Shown here piece by piece: positions 1-7,805 of a stretch of DNA of 54,573 nucleotides. The stretch is from sequence record SRR31156797_1806; one strand, given 5' to 3'. The notes beneath the pieces were generated by a model. It saw only the letters and a program-made list of their open reading frames with translations. It ran no database searches and was not told where the DNA came from. Within the stretch, counting starts at the first letter, position 1, and each line of letters begins with the position of its first letter. The position numbers and the translations under genes were made by a program.

Positions 1-573
1 GGTTGGACAGTGTTTTATTGGGCATGGTGGGTATCTTGGTCTCCATTTGTGGGTATGTTTATCGCCCGTGTATCGAAAGGGCGCACTGTACGTGAGTTCA
101 TCACAGCGGTTCTACTGATTCCTACTCTTGTAACCATGGTGTGGCTAAGCATTATGGGCGGTACTGCGATAGAACAAGCCACCTCTGGCGTTGGCGAGCT
201 GGCAAATGGCATCAGCGATGTTTCTTTGGCAATGTTCCAAATGTTTGATCAACTCCCAATGGCATCACTACTTTCCGTTGTAGGGATTTTGTTGGTATTG
301 GTTTTCTTTGTTACTTCATCGGATTCTGGTTCTCTGGTTATCGACAGTATCACTGCGGGAGGTAAAGAAGATGTGCCTGTTGGCCAACGTGTCTTCTGGG
401 CCGTAACTGAAGGTATTATCGCTATCGCATTGCTGTTAGGTGGTGGTTCAGAAGCGCTTACTGCTTTACAAGCAGGTGCTATTACGACCGGCTTACCGTT
501 TACTCTAGTACTGATTCTGATGTGTTGGAGCCTATATAAAGGGCTTAATTCAGAGAAGCATCTATACAAGTAA
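1..573 (+). CDS. BCCT family (betaine/choline/carnitine) transporter, 5'-truncated by window edge
   Basis: Frame open from base 1 (GWTVFYWAWWVSWSPFVGMFIARVSKGRTVREF); BCCT signature and FFVTSSDSG motif; hydrophobic helices. Confidence 0.95.
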   Translation, partial: GWTVFYWAWWVSWSPFVGMFIARVSKGRTVREFITAVLLIPTLVTMVWLSIMGGTAIEQATSGVGELANGISDVSLAMFQMFDQLPMASLLSVVGILLVLVFFVTSSDSGSLVIDSITAGGKEDVPVGQRVFWAVTEGIIAIALLLGGGSEALTALQAGAITTGLPFTLVLILMCWSLYKGLNSEKHLYK

Positions 574-585
574 GTAGTTAAGAGT

Positions 586-618
586 TGCCCTTCACACTCT
601 GGTTGAGTTTGAAGGGCA
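586..618 (+). terminator. Stem-loop downstream of BCCT gene (possible terminator)
   Basis: TGCCCTTCA...TGAAGGGCA inverted repeat just after the stop; no clear U-tract. Confidence 0.45.
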
Positions 619-659
619 TGAATTAGGGGGGTATCCCTGATTTTTTGGAGAGTGGAATA

Positions 660-902
660 ATGATGCATGTAGATTTAGTTGATATGGTCGACTTTGTAAA
701 AAAGCTCTGCGAATTAGGCATAAAATGCGTTTCCAATGAAACCGAGAGTGTGAAAAAGAGCATTGGTGAGTGGTTTAATCGGGTCGATTCTGAGAGTAAT
801 TCACGTTTCTGGGAAACGCTTCTTCGTATAGAAAAAGATGGAATCCTGTTACCCGATGTTGAAGAAGTGATTGATTGGAGTCATCGGCAGTTACCGCATT
901 AA
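660..902 (+). CDS. Small hypothetical protein
   Basis: ORF 645..902; ATGs at 660/663 preceded by GGAG-like SD; protein-like composition; no family recognised. Confidence 0.6.
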   Translation: MMHVDLVDMVDFVKKLCELGIKCVSNETESVKKSIGEWFNRVDSESNSRFWETLLRIEKDGILLPDVEEVIDWSHRQLPH

Positions 903-1182
903 TAATTTATTTGTCTTAAGAAGCTGCTTTTTATGGAAGTGGCTTCGTTTTAAGCTGTTGATTTTACGGGTTATAAAATTAAATTACGAAATACATATCT
1001 ATTATGGGCACATAGTGTATAGTGTCGTCAGCTCAAACGGTGAGCTATTAGTAATATATTTAGTTCAAGATCTTCTCAGTTTTTATTCGATTTAGTTCGT
1101 CATATCTATCCTGCGATACCTTTTTCTTCATTCCTTATTTAGTAGCTTTCTTATTAACTCATTCAATGTATCGAGATATATT

Positions 1183-1395
1183 ATGTCAAACAAAACAACT
1201 GGCTCAGTAAAATGGTTTAACGAAACTAAAGGCTTTGGATTTATCACTCCTGATAACGGTGGTGCGGATCTATTCGTTCACTTTAAATCAATTATGAGCG
1301 AAGGTTTCAAAACATTAGCTGAAGGCCAGAAGGTTTCTTTTAATGTTGAACAAGGTAACAAAGGCCCACAAGCTGGCAATGTTACTTTAGTATAG
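1183..1395 (+). CDS. Cold-shock protein (CspA family)
   Basis: 70 aa; [13 protein letters not shown] (RNP1), LFVHF (RNP2), KGPQA; long AT-rich upstream leader. Confidence 0.98.
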   Translation: MSNKTTGSVKWFNETKGFGFITPDNGGADLFVHFKSIMSEGFKTLAEGQKVSFNVEQGNKGPQAGNVTLV

Positions 1396-1401
1396 TAATT
1401 C

Positions 1402-1437
1402 AAAAAAAGGTCTGTCCTATTAGGAGAGACCTTTTTT
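1402..1437 (+). terminator. Intrinsic terminator after csp gene
   Basis: AAAAAAAGGTCT...AGACCTTTTTT imperfect hairpin followed by U-tract. Confidence 0.7.
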
Positions 1438-1461
1438 ACTTTAAAATTAATAAGGAGTCAG

Positions 1462-1554
1462 ATGACTCGAAAAACGAATCGAAAGACATATTGGTATTAT
1501 GTTCTGCGCGATCAGAAAATAACCAAAGGACAAAAACTTAATTGTTCGTTGTAA
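1462..1554 (+). CDS. Putative 30-aa basic small protein (not in ORF track)
   Basis: TAAGGAG SD 5 nt before ATG; MTRKTNRKTYWYYVLRDQKITKGQKLNCSL; overlaps start of next ORF. Confidence 0.45.
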   Translation: MTRKTNRKTYWYYVLRDQKITKGQKLNCSL

Positions 1555-1766
1555 AATATTGTCTTTATCATGGTGAGATTTCTTGGTCTGCTACCATACA
1601 TCAGTTAAACAGCGATGTACTAAAACGTCATATTCTTCCTAGATTAAATACCAGCCTCTTTGACCTCAGCTTTTCATTTTGTGAACTTGAAAATTCTGGT
1701 GAAATTAAAGATTCATACGGGAAGGTTTTGGGGGATTTTTATATCCAAATTAGAGAGGGAGAATAG
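1542..1766 (+). CDS. Small hypothetical protein (74 aa, TTG start)
   Basis: AAAGGA upstream; part of a tightly packed small-ORF run after csp. Confidence 0.6.
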   Translation: MFVVKYCLYHGEISWSATIHQLNSDVLKRHILPRLNTSLFDLSFSFCELENSGEIKDSYGKVLGDFYIQIREGE

Positions 1767-1769
1767 CTT

Positions 1770-1919
1770 TTGAAAAAGCCATCAAAGGGTTCTAAGCCTA
1801 AAGCGGACAAAGGTAAGAGTTCTAGTACAGAAGACAGTGCTGATAGTATTCATGAGATAAGAAAAAAAATTGAAAAGATTTTGTTAGAACGAGAAGAAAA
1901 AAAACTTTGGGATTTATAA
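1770..1919 (+). CDS. Putative 49-aa charged small protein (not in ORF track)
   Basis: GAGGGAG SD, TTG 3 nt after previous stop; MKKPSKGSKPKADKGKSSSTEDSADSIHEIRKKIEKILLEREEKKLWDL. Confidence 0.55.
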   Translation: MKKPSKGSKPKADKGKSSSTEDSADSIHEIRKKIEKILLEREEKKLWDL

Positions 1920-1932
1920 GGTAAATAGTGAT

Positions 1933-2133
1933 ATGAGAAAACCAGTAAGAAAATCAAGCAAAAAAACACAGAAGAATAACTTCGAAGAACGATTTGCTGT
2001 TATGGTCAAAGAGTATCAAGAAGCGAAAGAAGTTCTGGAATCTATGACAGAAGGTTCATCTGAGTATATCGCTCAGAAAAAAGCCTGCGATAAACTATTT
2101 GCAAACGCTGAACGATACATTAATAAAAAATAA
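1933..2133 (+). CDS. Small hypothetical protein (66 aa, basic N-terminus, helical)
   Basis: ATG 13 nt after previous stop, AAGG SD; amphipathic helical composition. Confidence 0.7.
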   Translation: MRKPVRKSSKKTQKNNFEERFAVMVKEYQEAKEVLESMTEGSSEYIAQKKACDKLFANAERYINKK

Positions 2134-2445
2134 TAATTTGAAATGGTTTCTTCTATTCTATATAAAGAGCATCCAAACTGTTCATCGTAAGAATTGCTAC
2201 CTCTTTTATCCACTTAGTATTAATTTTTTAAGTGTTGCACTGGGGTTGAATAGACAGTTATGCAAGAGGAAAACCACACTCGCCTCAAACAGAAGTTGTG
2301 AAATTAGACTTCAACCTCTCAATTCTGACCGATCAACACTGCATATTATTTTTTCATTTTTTTCCGCATGGATTCAAGTCTTTGACCATACGGAAATTAA
2401 CCTGAGATAAAATTTTAAATGGTTAATCGATCTGTAAATAGAATA

Positions 2446-2469
2446 AAGCCTCATTACTGAATGAGGCTG
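2446..2469 (-). terminator. Terminator of Rieske oxygenase gene
   Basis: AGCCTCATT-actg-AATGAGGCT hairpin, A-rich + strand flank = U-tract on - strand. Confidence 0.65.
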
Positions 2470-2499
2470 AAATTTGCGGTAACTTAATTGTCTGATTGG

Positions 2500-3759
2500 T
2501 TACAGCTTTTCTTGAACTTTTTCTGAGTACCAGTTGATAAAGTCAATGACGCCAAACTCAAACGTTTTTGAATATGGCCCCGGTTCGTAACTTAATGAGT
2601 TGATACCACGCTGGTTTTCTTCTCCTAACTTACGGTCTTGGTCGTTGGTTGCATCCCAAACACGGCGCAGGTTTTCTGGGTCATAATCTACACCTTCAAT
2701 CGCATCCTTATGGACGAACCATTTGGTGGTGACCATCGATTCTTGAGCCGAAATGGGTAATACGCGGAATACGATAAAGTGGTCGCTTTGCATGTGATTC
2801 CATGAATTTGGTAGGTGCAAAATACGCAGTGATCCCATCTTATCGTTTTTAATGCGTCCGAGCATTTTTTGACAACCACGAGAGCCGTCAATTGTCATAA
2901 CGGATGTCCCTTCTTTTAGGGGCATTCGTACTAAACGGTTTCTCTTACCAAACTCTTTATGCTGATGCGGAATTCCTTCTGCATCCCATTCGGTTGCAAG
3001 ACGCTCACAATACGCTTTGAATTCTGGTGTTGCTCTTGGGTCAGTTGCACCATCCCATTCAAGCAGCGTATTTAGAAGCTCAGGATGACTACCATTACAG
3101 TGGTAACACTCACGGTTATTTTCGATAACCAGCTTCCAGTTGGCTTTTTCATGCATGTTTGATTCGACGGCGAGCTTAGTATTCTCGACGTCGTAGGGTT
3201 CCATGTATTCATCCAAGGTTGCCAGAAATTCATCGAAATCGGATTCTGGAGGGGTATCACCCAAACAGACGAAGATAAAACCGCCGGCAGTTTTACAGTG
3301 AACCTCTTTCAACTTGTGCTTTTGCATGTCGAACTCATCACCCATCTCGGTGCCTGCGAAAAGAAGGTTCCCTTTCGTATCGTAGGTCCATTGGTGGTAC
3401 GGGCACACTAAGTTAGCGACTTTCCCTCTATGTTCGAGACAAATGCGCGAACCGCGGTGGCGGCAGGTATTGTGAAACGCAGTCACACTGCCATCAGCCG
3501 CTCGGACAATCAGTACCGGGTTTTGGGCTATTTCAACAGTAAAGTAGTCTCCCTTACCTGGAATTTCACTGGTCATCCCGACAAACAACCATTCCTTCTG
3601 GAAAATCTCCTCAACATCAATCTTGAATAACATTGGGTCATTATACAGCGGGCGGGGTAGTGAATAATCGGGTTTACGTTCACTTAGCATTTTTTTCATT
3701 TCTGCACGAGCAACTTCCTGGCTCGGGTAGCTAATGTTGAGAATATCGTTTTGTGTCAT
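2500..3759 (-). CDS. gbcA: Rieske non-heme iron oxygenase alpha subunit, GbcA-like glycine-betaine demethylase
   Basis: Rieske CRH...CPYH; mononuclear Fe motif ENNRECYHCNGSH; divergent from a ferredoxin reductase; BCCT transporter nearby. Substrate inferred from context. Confidence 0.8.
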   Translation of the reverse strand: MTQNDILNISYPSQEVARAEMKKMLSERKPDYSLPRPLYNDPMLFKIDVEEIFQKEWLFVGMTSEIPGKGDYFTVEIAQNPVLIVRAADGSVTAFHNTCRHRGSRICLEHRGKVANLVCPYHQWTYDTKGNLLFAGTEMGDEFDMQKHKLKEVHCKTAGGFIFVCLGDTPPESDFDEFLATLDEYMEPYDVENTKLAVESNMHEKANWKLVIENNRECYHCNGSHPELLNTLLEWDGATDPRATPEFKAYCERLATEWDAEGIPHQHKEFGKRNRLVRMPLKEGTSVMTIDGSRGCQKMLGRIKNDKMGSLRILHLPNSWNHMQSDHFIVFRVLPISAQESMVTTKWFVHKDAIEGVDYDPENLRRVWDATNDQDRKLGEENQRGINSLSYEPGPYSKTFEFGVIDFINWYSEKVQEKL

Positions 3760-3890
3760 TGCTCTATCTTCTTTTAGAAAATGTGGACGATACGCCCTAC
3801 TAGGGCTTCCTTGCGTTTAGCCAACTACCTTACTTTTTGTGTGTAAATTCTGGCTGAGGCTATCGTGCCATTATTGAAGGGGATTGAAGT

Positions 3891-3986
3891 GGTCTAAACA
3901 CGACATGTTGATGGTCTATTTGAGACATGTCCTCACAAAGTTTTGTCTGTATGACTGTTTTGGATAACTCCGTGTCGTGAATAGAT
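3891..3986. promoter_or_regulatory. Two back-to-back pairs of direct repeats, AraC/GlxA(GbdR)-type activator sites for the divergent promoters
   Basis: - strand TGTCTCAAATAGACC/TGTCGTGTTTAGACC (3913-3927, 3891-3905; 22-bp spacing); + strand TGACTGTTTTGGAT/TGTCGTGAATAGAT (3952, 3973; 21-bp spacing). Confidence 0.6.
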
Positions 3987-4071
3987 AATTCGCCTAACTC
4001 ATATCACTCAACAATACGCTCAAGCCCATGGAGGGATGCTTGATTAATACACCGTTGCGGAGAAGCCGGAT

Positions 4072-5199
4072 ATGAATAGCTCAACTAACTCAGTCGCCAC
4101 TGGCGGTTCCTTTATTCCTGTTGAAACTCAAATTTGGGACAACGGTCGTCATGCCGTTCGTTGTGTGAAAACCATTCAGGAGACATGGGATACGAAAACA
4201 TTCTGCTTTATGGCTGATCAGCCAGTCATGTTCTTTTTTAAGCCCGGTCAGTTTGTGACATTAGAGTTGGATATTGATGGGGAACAAGTATTCCGGTCAT
4301 ACACGATTTCAAGCTCTCCTTCTGTTCCATATAGCTTTTCTATTACGGTGAAACGTGTGCCTGGCGGAGTCGTTTCCAATTGGATTCACGACAATTTGGA
4401 TGAAGGTTCAGAACTTGCGGTTCACGGACCTGTCGGTGTGTTTAATAGTATTGATTACCCAAGTGAAAAAATGTTGTTGCTGTCTGGTGGGGTGGGAGTG
4501 ACACCTATGATGTCGATGGCTCGCTGGGTTTACGATACCAATACAGACGTTGATATCGCTTTTGTACACAGTGCCAGATCGCCACGTGATGTCATATTCC
4601 AATCGGAACTGGAATTTATGTCTTCGCGGATTGCAAACTTACATTTGCATGTTATTTGCGAAAAGCTGGAGTCAGGACAGAAATGGTCGGGCTATCGTGG
4701 TTATTTAGATCAGGTTAAATTATTGATGATTGCGCCTGACCTACATGAACGTGAGATTTTTTGTTGTGGTCCAACACCCTATATGCGTGCAGTGAAAAAC
4801 ATGCTGATTGAGTTGGGTTTCAACATGGAGCACTACCATGAAGAGGTCTTTGGTTCGACACCTGAAAGTGTCGAAGAGCAGGCGGTACAAGATGCTGAGA
4901 TCGCTGCGGAAGAAGCGGATGCGTTGACGGCCAGTGATTTAATCGAAGTTGTATTTACAGAAAGTGGCAAACAAGCAAGCATCGCTCCGGGAGAAACGGT
5001 TCACGCAGCTGCGGCGAATGCTGGGCTTACCATTCCCAAAGCATGCGGGATGGGAATTTGTGGTACTTGTAAGGTGAAGAAGGTTAGCGGTAGCGTTGAA
5101 ATGAGCCATAATGGCGGTATCACGGATGAGGACGTTGCTGACGGTTATATTCTTTCTTGCTGCAGTGTACCAAAAGATAATGTTGTGATTGAATATTAA
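4072..5199 (+). CDS. gbcB: FAD/NAD-binding oxidoreductase with C-terminal 2Fe-2S ferredoxin, GbcB-like
   Basis: RSYTISS (FAD), GGVGVTP (NAD), CCGP, C-terminal CGMGICGTC...C. Confidence 0.82.
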   Translation: MNSSTNSVATGGSFIPVETQIWDNGRHAVRCVKTIQETWDTKTFCFMADQPVMFFFKPGQFVTLELDIDGEQVFRSYTISSSPSVPYSFSITVKRVPGGVVSNWIHDNLDEGSELAVHGPVGVFNSIDYPSEKMLLLSGGVGVTPMMSMARWVYDTNTDVDIAFVHSARSPRDVIFQSELEFMSSRIANLHLHVICEKLESGQKWSGYRGYLDQVKLLMIAPDLHEREIFCCGPTPYMRAVKNMLIELGFNMEHYHEEVFGSTPESVEEQAVQDAEIAAEEADALTASDLIEVVFTESGKQASIAPGETVHAAAANAGLTIPKACGMGICGTCKVKKVSGSVEMSHNGGITDEDVADGYILSCCSVPKDNVVIEY

Positions 5200-5205
5200 G
5201 AATTT

Positions 5206-5239
5206 CAGGTTAAGAGGCATTCTCGCCTCTTAACCTGAT
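5206..5239 (+). terminator. Strong hairpin after reductase gene
   Basis: TCAGGTTAAGAGGC-attctc-GCCTCTTAACCTGA perfect 14-bp stem. Confidence 0.7.
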
Positions 5240-5628
5240 TAACCCAAATTAACTTGTTATTCTCAGCCTAACTGGTTGAAACAGCTATACTCGTTTCTGG
5301 CGATTATGATTTCCAATCAGCAGCTCTCCTTCGTCTTATTTAGTGACTGTTCGTTGCTAAATCACCAATAAAACCTTTAGCAATAAGTGGCTTGGATCAT
5401 TGTTTTGGTGGTTTTTTATCCTTTAGAAGAATAAATTGTGATGAATTTCAATTTTTTCTGGCTTTTTTTATGCTTTTAGGGAATAATCCGCCTCCCTTAG
5501 ATGTCCCTAGTGGCTTGATGCGTTATATGACTTATCCGTATCTGAACGGAATTCAGACAATCGTTGGATTGGTTGGAAATGGTGGAGCACATGGGACCTT
5601 GGTTTATTAATATTTTAGTGGGATCCCC

Positions 5629-7551
5629 ATGTCAGAGACTGTGATTCAATTCAGTGACTTAGCACTTAACAGTGCTGTTCTTTCAGCCCTAAACGAAATG
5701 GGCTTCGTTTCTCCAACACCTATCCAAGCAGAAGCAATTCCTCATCTTTTGGAAGGCCGCGATGCATTAGGTAAAGCACAAACAGGTACAGGTAAAACAG
5801 CAGCATTCTCATTGCCGCTGCTAAACAAAATTGATTTGTCTCAGCACAAACCTCAAGCAATCATTATGGCTCCAACGCGTGAGCTAGCGATTCAGGTAGC
5901 GGCTGAGATCAAAAACCTTGGTCAAAATATCAAAGGCCTTAAAGTTCTTGAGATCTACGGTGGTGCTTCTATCGTTGATCAAATGCGCGCTCTACGTGCT
6001 GGCGCTCACATTGTTGTGGGTACTCCAGGTCGTGTTAAAGACTTAATCACTCGTGAACGTCTACATCTAGATGAATGTCATACATTCGTACTGGATGAAG
6101 CTGACGAAATGCTAAAAATGGGCTTCGTTGACGACGTTACTTGGATCATGGAGCAAGCTCCTGAGTCTGCACAGCGTGTACTATTCTCTGCAACTATGCC
6201 TCCAATGGTTAAAACGATTGTTGATCGTTTCCTACGAGATCCTGCACGCGTTGACGTTGCGGGTTCAAACCAAACTGTTGAGAAAGTAGAGCAGCAGTTC
6301 TGGGTAGTAAAAGGCGTAGAAAAAGACGAAGCGATGAGTCGTCTTCTTGAAACTGAAGAAACTGATGCTTCAATTGTATTCGTGCGTACTCGTCAAGATA
6401 CTGAGCGCCTAGCGGATTGGTTGAGCTCTCGCGGTTTCAAAGCAGCAGCACTACACGGTGATATTCCTCAGTCGCTACGTGAGCGTACTGTTGATCATAT
6501 CAAACAAGGCGTAATTGATATTTTGGTAGCAACTGACGTTGTTGCTCGTGGTCTTGATGTGCCACGTATCACTCACGTATTTAACTACGATATTCCATTC
6601 GATGTTGAGTCGTACATCCACCGTATCGGTCGTACAGGTCGTGCTGGCCGTAAAGGTAAGGCGATTCTGTTAGTACGTACTAACCAACTTCGTATGCTTC
6701 GCACTATCGAGCGTGTTACTCGTTCTTCAATGGAAGAAATTCAACTACCACACCGTGACAAAGTTGCGGAAGCTCGCCTAGCTCTACTAGGTGCTGAGTT
6801 GGAAGCTGAGAAAGAGAACGTTGTTCTTGATAAGTTTGTTGAGTTAGTTGATAAGCTGCAAACGTCACTAGAACTTGATGCTGCAACACTTTGTGCCATT
6901 CTGCTTAAACGCCAGCAAGGTAAACGTCCACTGTTCTACACTGGCGAAGACCCAATGATTGCTGCTGTTGAGCGTGATAAGCAACGTCGCCGTGAGCGTC
7001 GTGATGATCGTGAAAATGGTCGTCGTGATTTTGGTGGTCGCAACAATGCTGATTGGGAAACTTACCAGCTTCAGGTTGGCCGTGATCAAGGCGTTCAGGT
7101 TAAAGACATCGTTGGTGCACTTGCAAACGAACTAGGCCTGACTAAAGGTTCTATCGGTGCAATTAAACTGGCTCAAGGTCATACATTTGTTCAGCTTCCT
7201 AAGACTATGTCTTCTGAAGTAACGGGCAAACTGCGTAAACTGCGTATTCGTCAGAAAGAAGTTGGCGCTGTTGTATGTGACTTTGATGATTTCCGCGAAT
7301 CTCGTGGCCGTCGTGAAGGTGGTCGTCGTGATGGTGGTAACGGTGGTAACCGTCGTGAAGGTGGTGGTTACCGTGGTAACCGCGAAGGCGGTAATGGTAG
7401 TCGTCGTGAAGGTGGCTACCGTGGTAACCGCGAAGGCGGCGCTGGTAACCGTGAAGGCGGCGAGCGTCGTTTCGACCGCAACCGCGGTGGTGACAACCGT
7501 GGTAACTATCGCGGTGAACGCGGCCACAGCCGTCGTAGCAACGAAGCTTAA
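5629..7551 (+). CDS. deaD: DEAD-box RNA helicase DeaD/CsdA
   Basis: AQTGTGKT, PTRELA, DEAD, SAT, HRIGRTGR motifs; DbpA-type RNA-binding domain; RG-rich tail. Confidence 0.97.
   Translation: MSETVIQFSDLALNSAVLSALNEMGFVSPTPIQAEAIPHLLEGRDALGKAQTGTGKTAAFSLPLLNKIDLSQHKPQAIIMAPTRELAIQVAAEIKNLGQNIKGLKVLEIYGGASIVDQMRALRAGAHIVVGTPGRVKDLITRERLHLDECHTFVLDEADEMLKMGFVDDVTWIMEQAPESAQRVLFSATMPPMVKTIVDRFLRDPARVDVAGSNQTVEKVEQQFWVVKGVEKDEAMSRLLETEETDASIVFVRTRQDTERLADWLSSRGFKAAALHGDIPQSLRERTVDHIKQGVIDILVATDVVARGLDVPRITHVFNYDIPFDVESYIHRIGRTGRAGRKGKAILLVRTNQLRMLRTIERVTRSSMEEIQLPHRDKVAEARLALLGAELEAEKENVVLDKFVELVDKLQTSLELDAATLCAILLKRQQGKRPLFYTGEDPMIAAVERDKQRRRERRDDRENGRRDFGGRNNADWETYQLQVGRDQGVQVKDIVGALANELGLTKGSIGAIKLAQGHTFVQLPKTMSSEVTGKLRKLRIRQKEVGAVVCDFDDFRESRGRREGGRRDGGNGGNRREGGGYRGNREGGNGSRREGGYRGNREGGAGNREGGERRFDRNRGGDNRGNYRGERGHSRRSNEA
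7308..7530 (+). repeat. Coding low-complexity repeats (REGG / GYRGNREGG) in DeaD tail
   Basis: Repeated cgtgaaggtggt / taccgtggtaaccgcgaaggcgg units. Confidence 0.85.
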
Positions 7552-7562
7552 TTATTAGTTTA

Positions 7563-7602
7563 AGAAAACCCGTGGCTGACACAGCCACGGGTTTTCTATT
7601 TT
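7563..7602 (+). terminator. deaD terminator
   Basis: AGAAAACCCGTGGCTG-aca-CAGCCACGGGTTTTCT plus T-rich tail. Confidence 0.9.
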
Positions 7603-7767
7603 CTGAGTTTTATTGAACGCTTGAGATTTCAAGCATTTCCGTTAAAATGCTCAGCTTGTATTAAAGATGGTGCATCCGTATTTGTTCCAGAATTTGTACA
7701 TTAAATTATGAACTATCGAGTGCTTTATTGTTTATCTTTTTGATTTAAAAGCACAAAATTCAAACAA

Positions 7768-7788
7768 GTGTTGCTTGGTGTGCAACAC
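7768..7788 (+). promoter_or_regulatory. thrS translational operator hairpin (tRNA-Thr anticodon-arm mimic)
   Basis: GTGTTGC-TTGGTGT-GCAACAC: 7-bp stem, 7-nt loop with GGU at anticodon positions, just 5' of the AAGGA SD. Confidence 0.85.
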
Positions 7789-7805
7789 CACTGTAAGGAC
7801 TATTC

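Noticed and set aside
871..1095. 74-aa ORF upstream of csp
   Set aside because: Overlaps the AT-rich csp promoter/leader; no SD; low-information composition
2099..2410. 103-aa ORF overlapping the 66-aa gene
   Set aside because: TTG start without SD, AT-rich intergenic composition, no recognisable motif
5392..5610. 72-aa ORF upstream of deaD
   Set aside because: Spans the deaD promoter and leader; no SD
7308..7530. Repeats that could be mistaken for a CRISPR or tandem array
   Set aside because: In-frame coding repeats of DeaD without unique spacers; no cas genes in the window
7132..7588. Antisense and alternative-frame ORFs (Thr/Val/His-rich) over the deaD tail
   Set aside because: By-products of the REGG/RGN repeat and biased codon usage; no SD or family features
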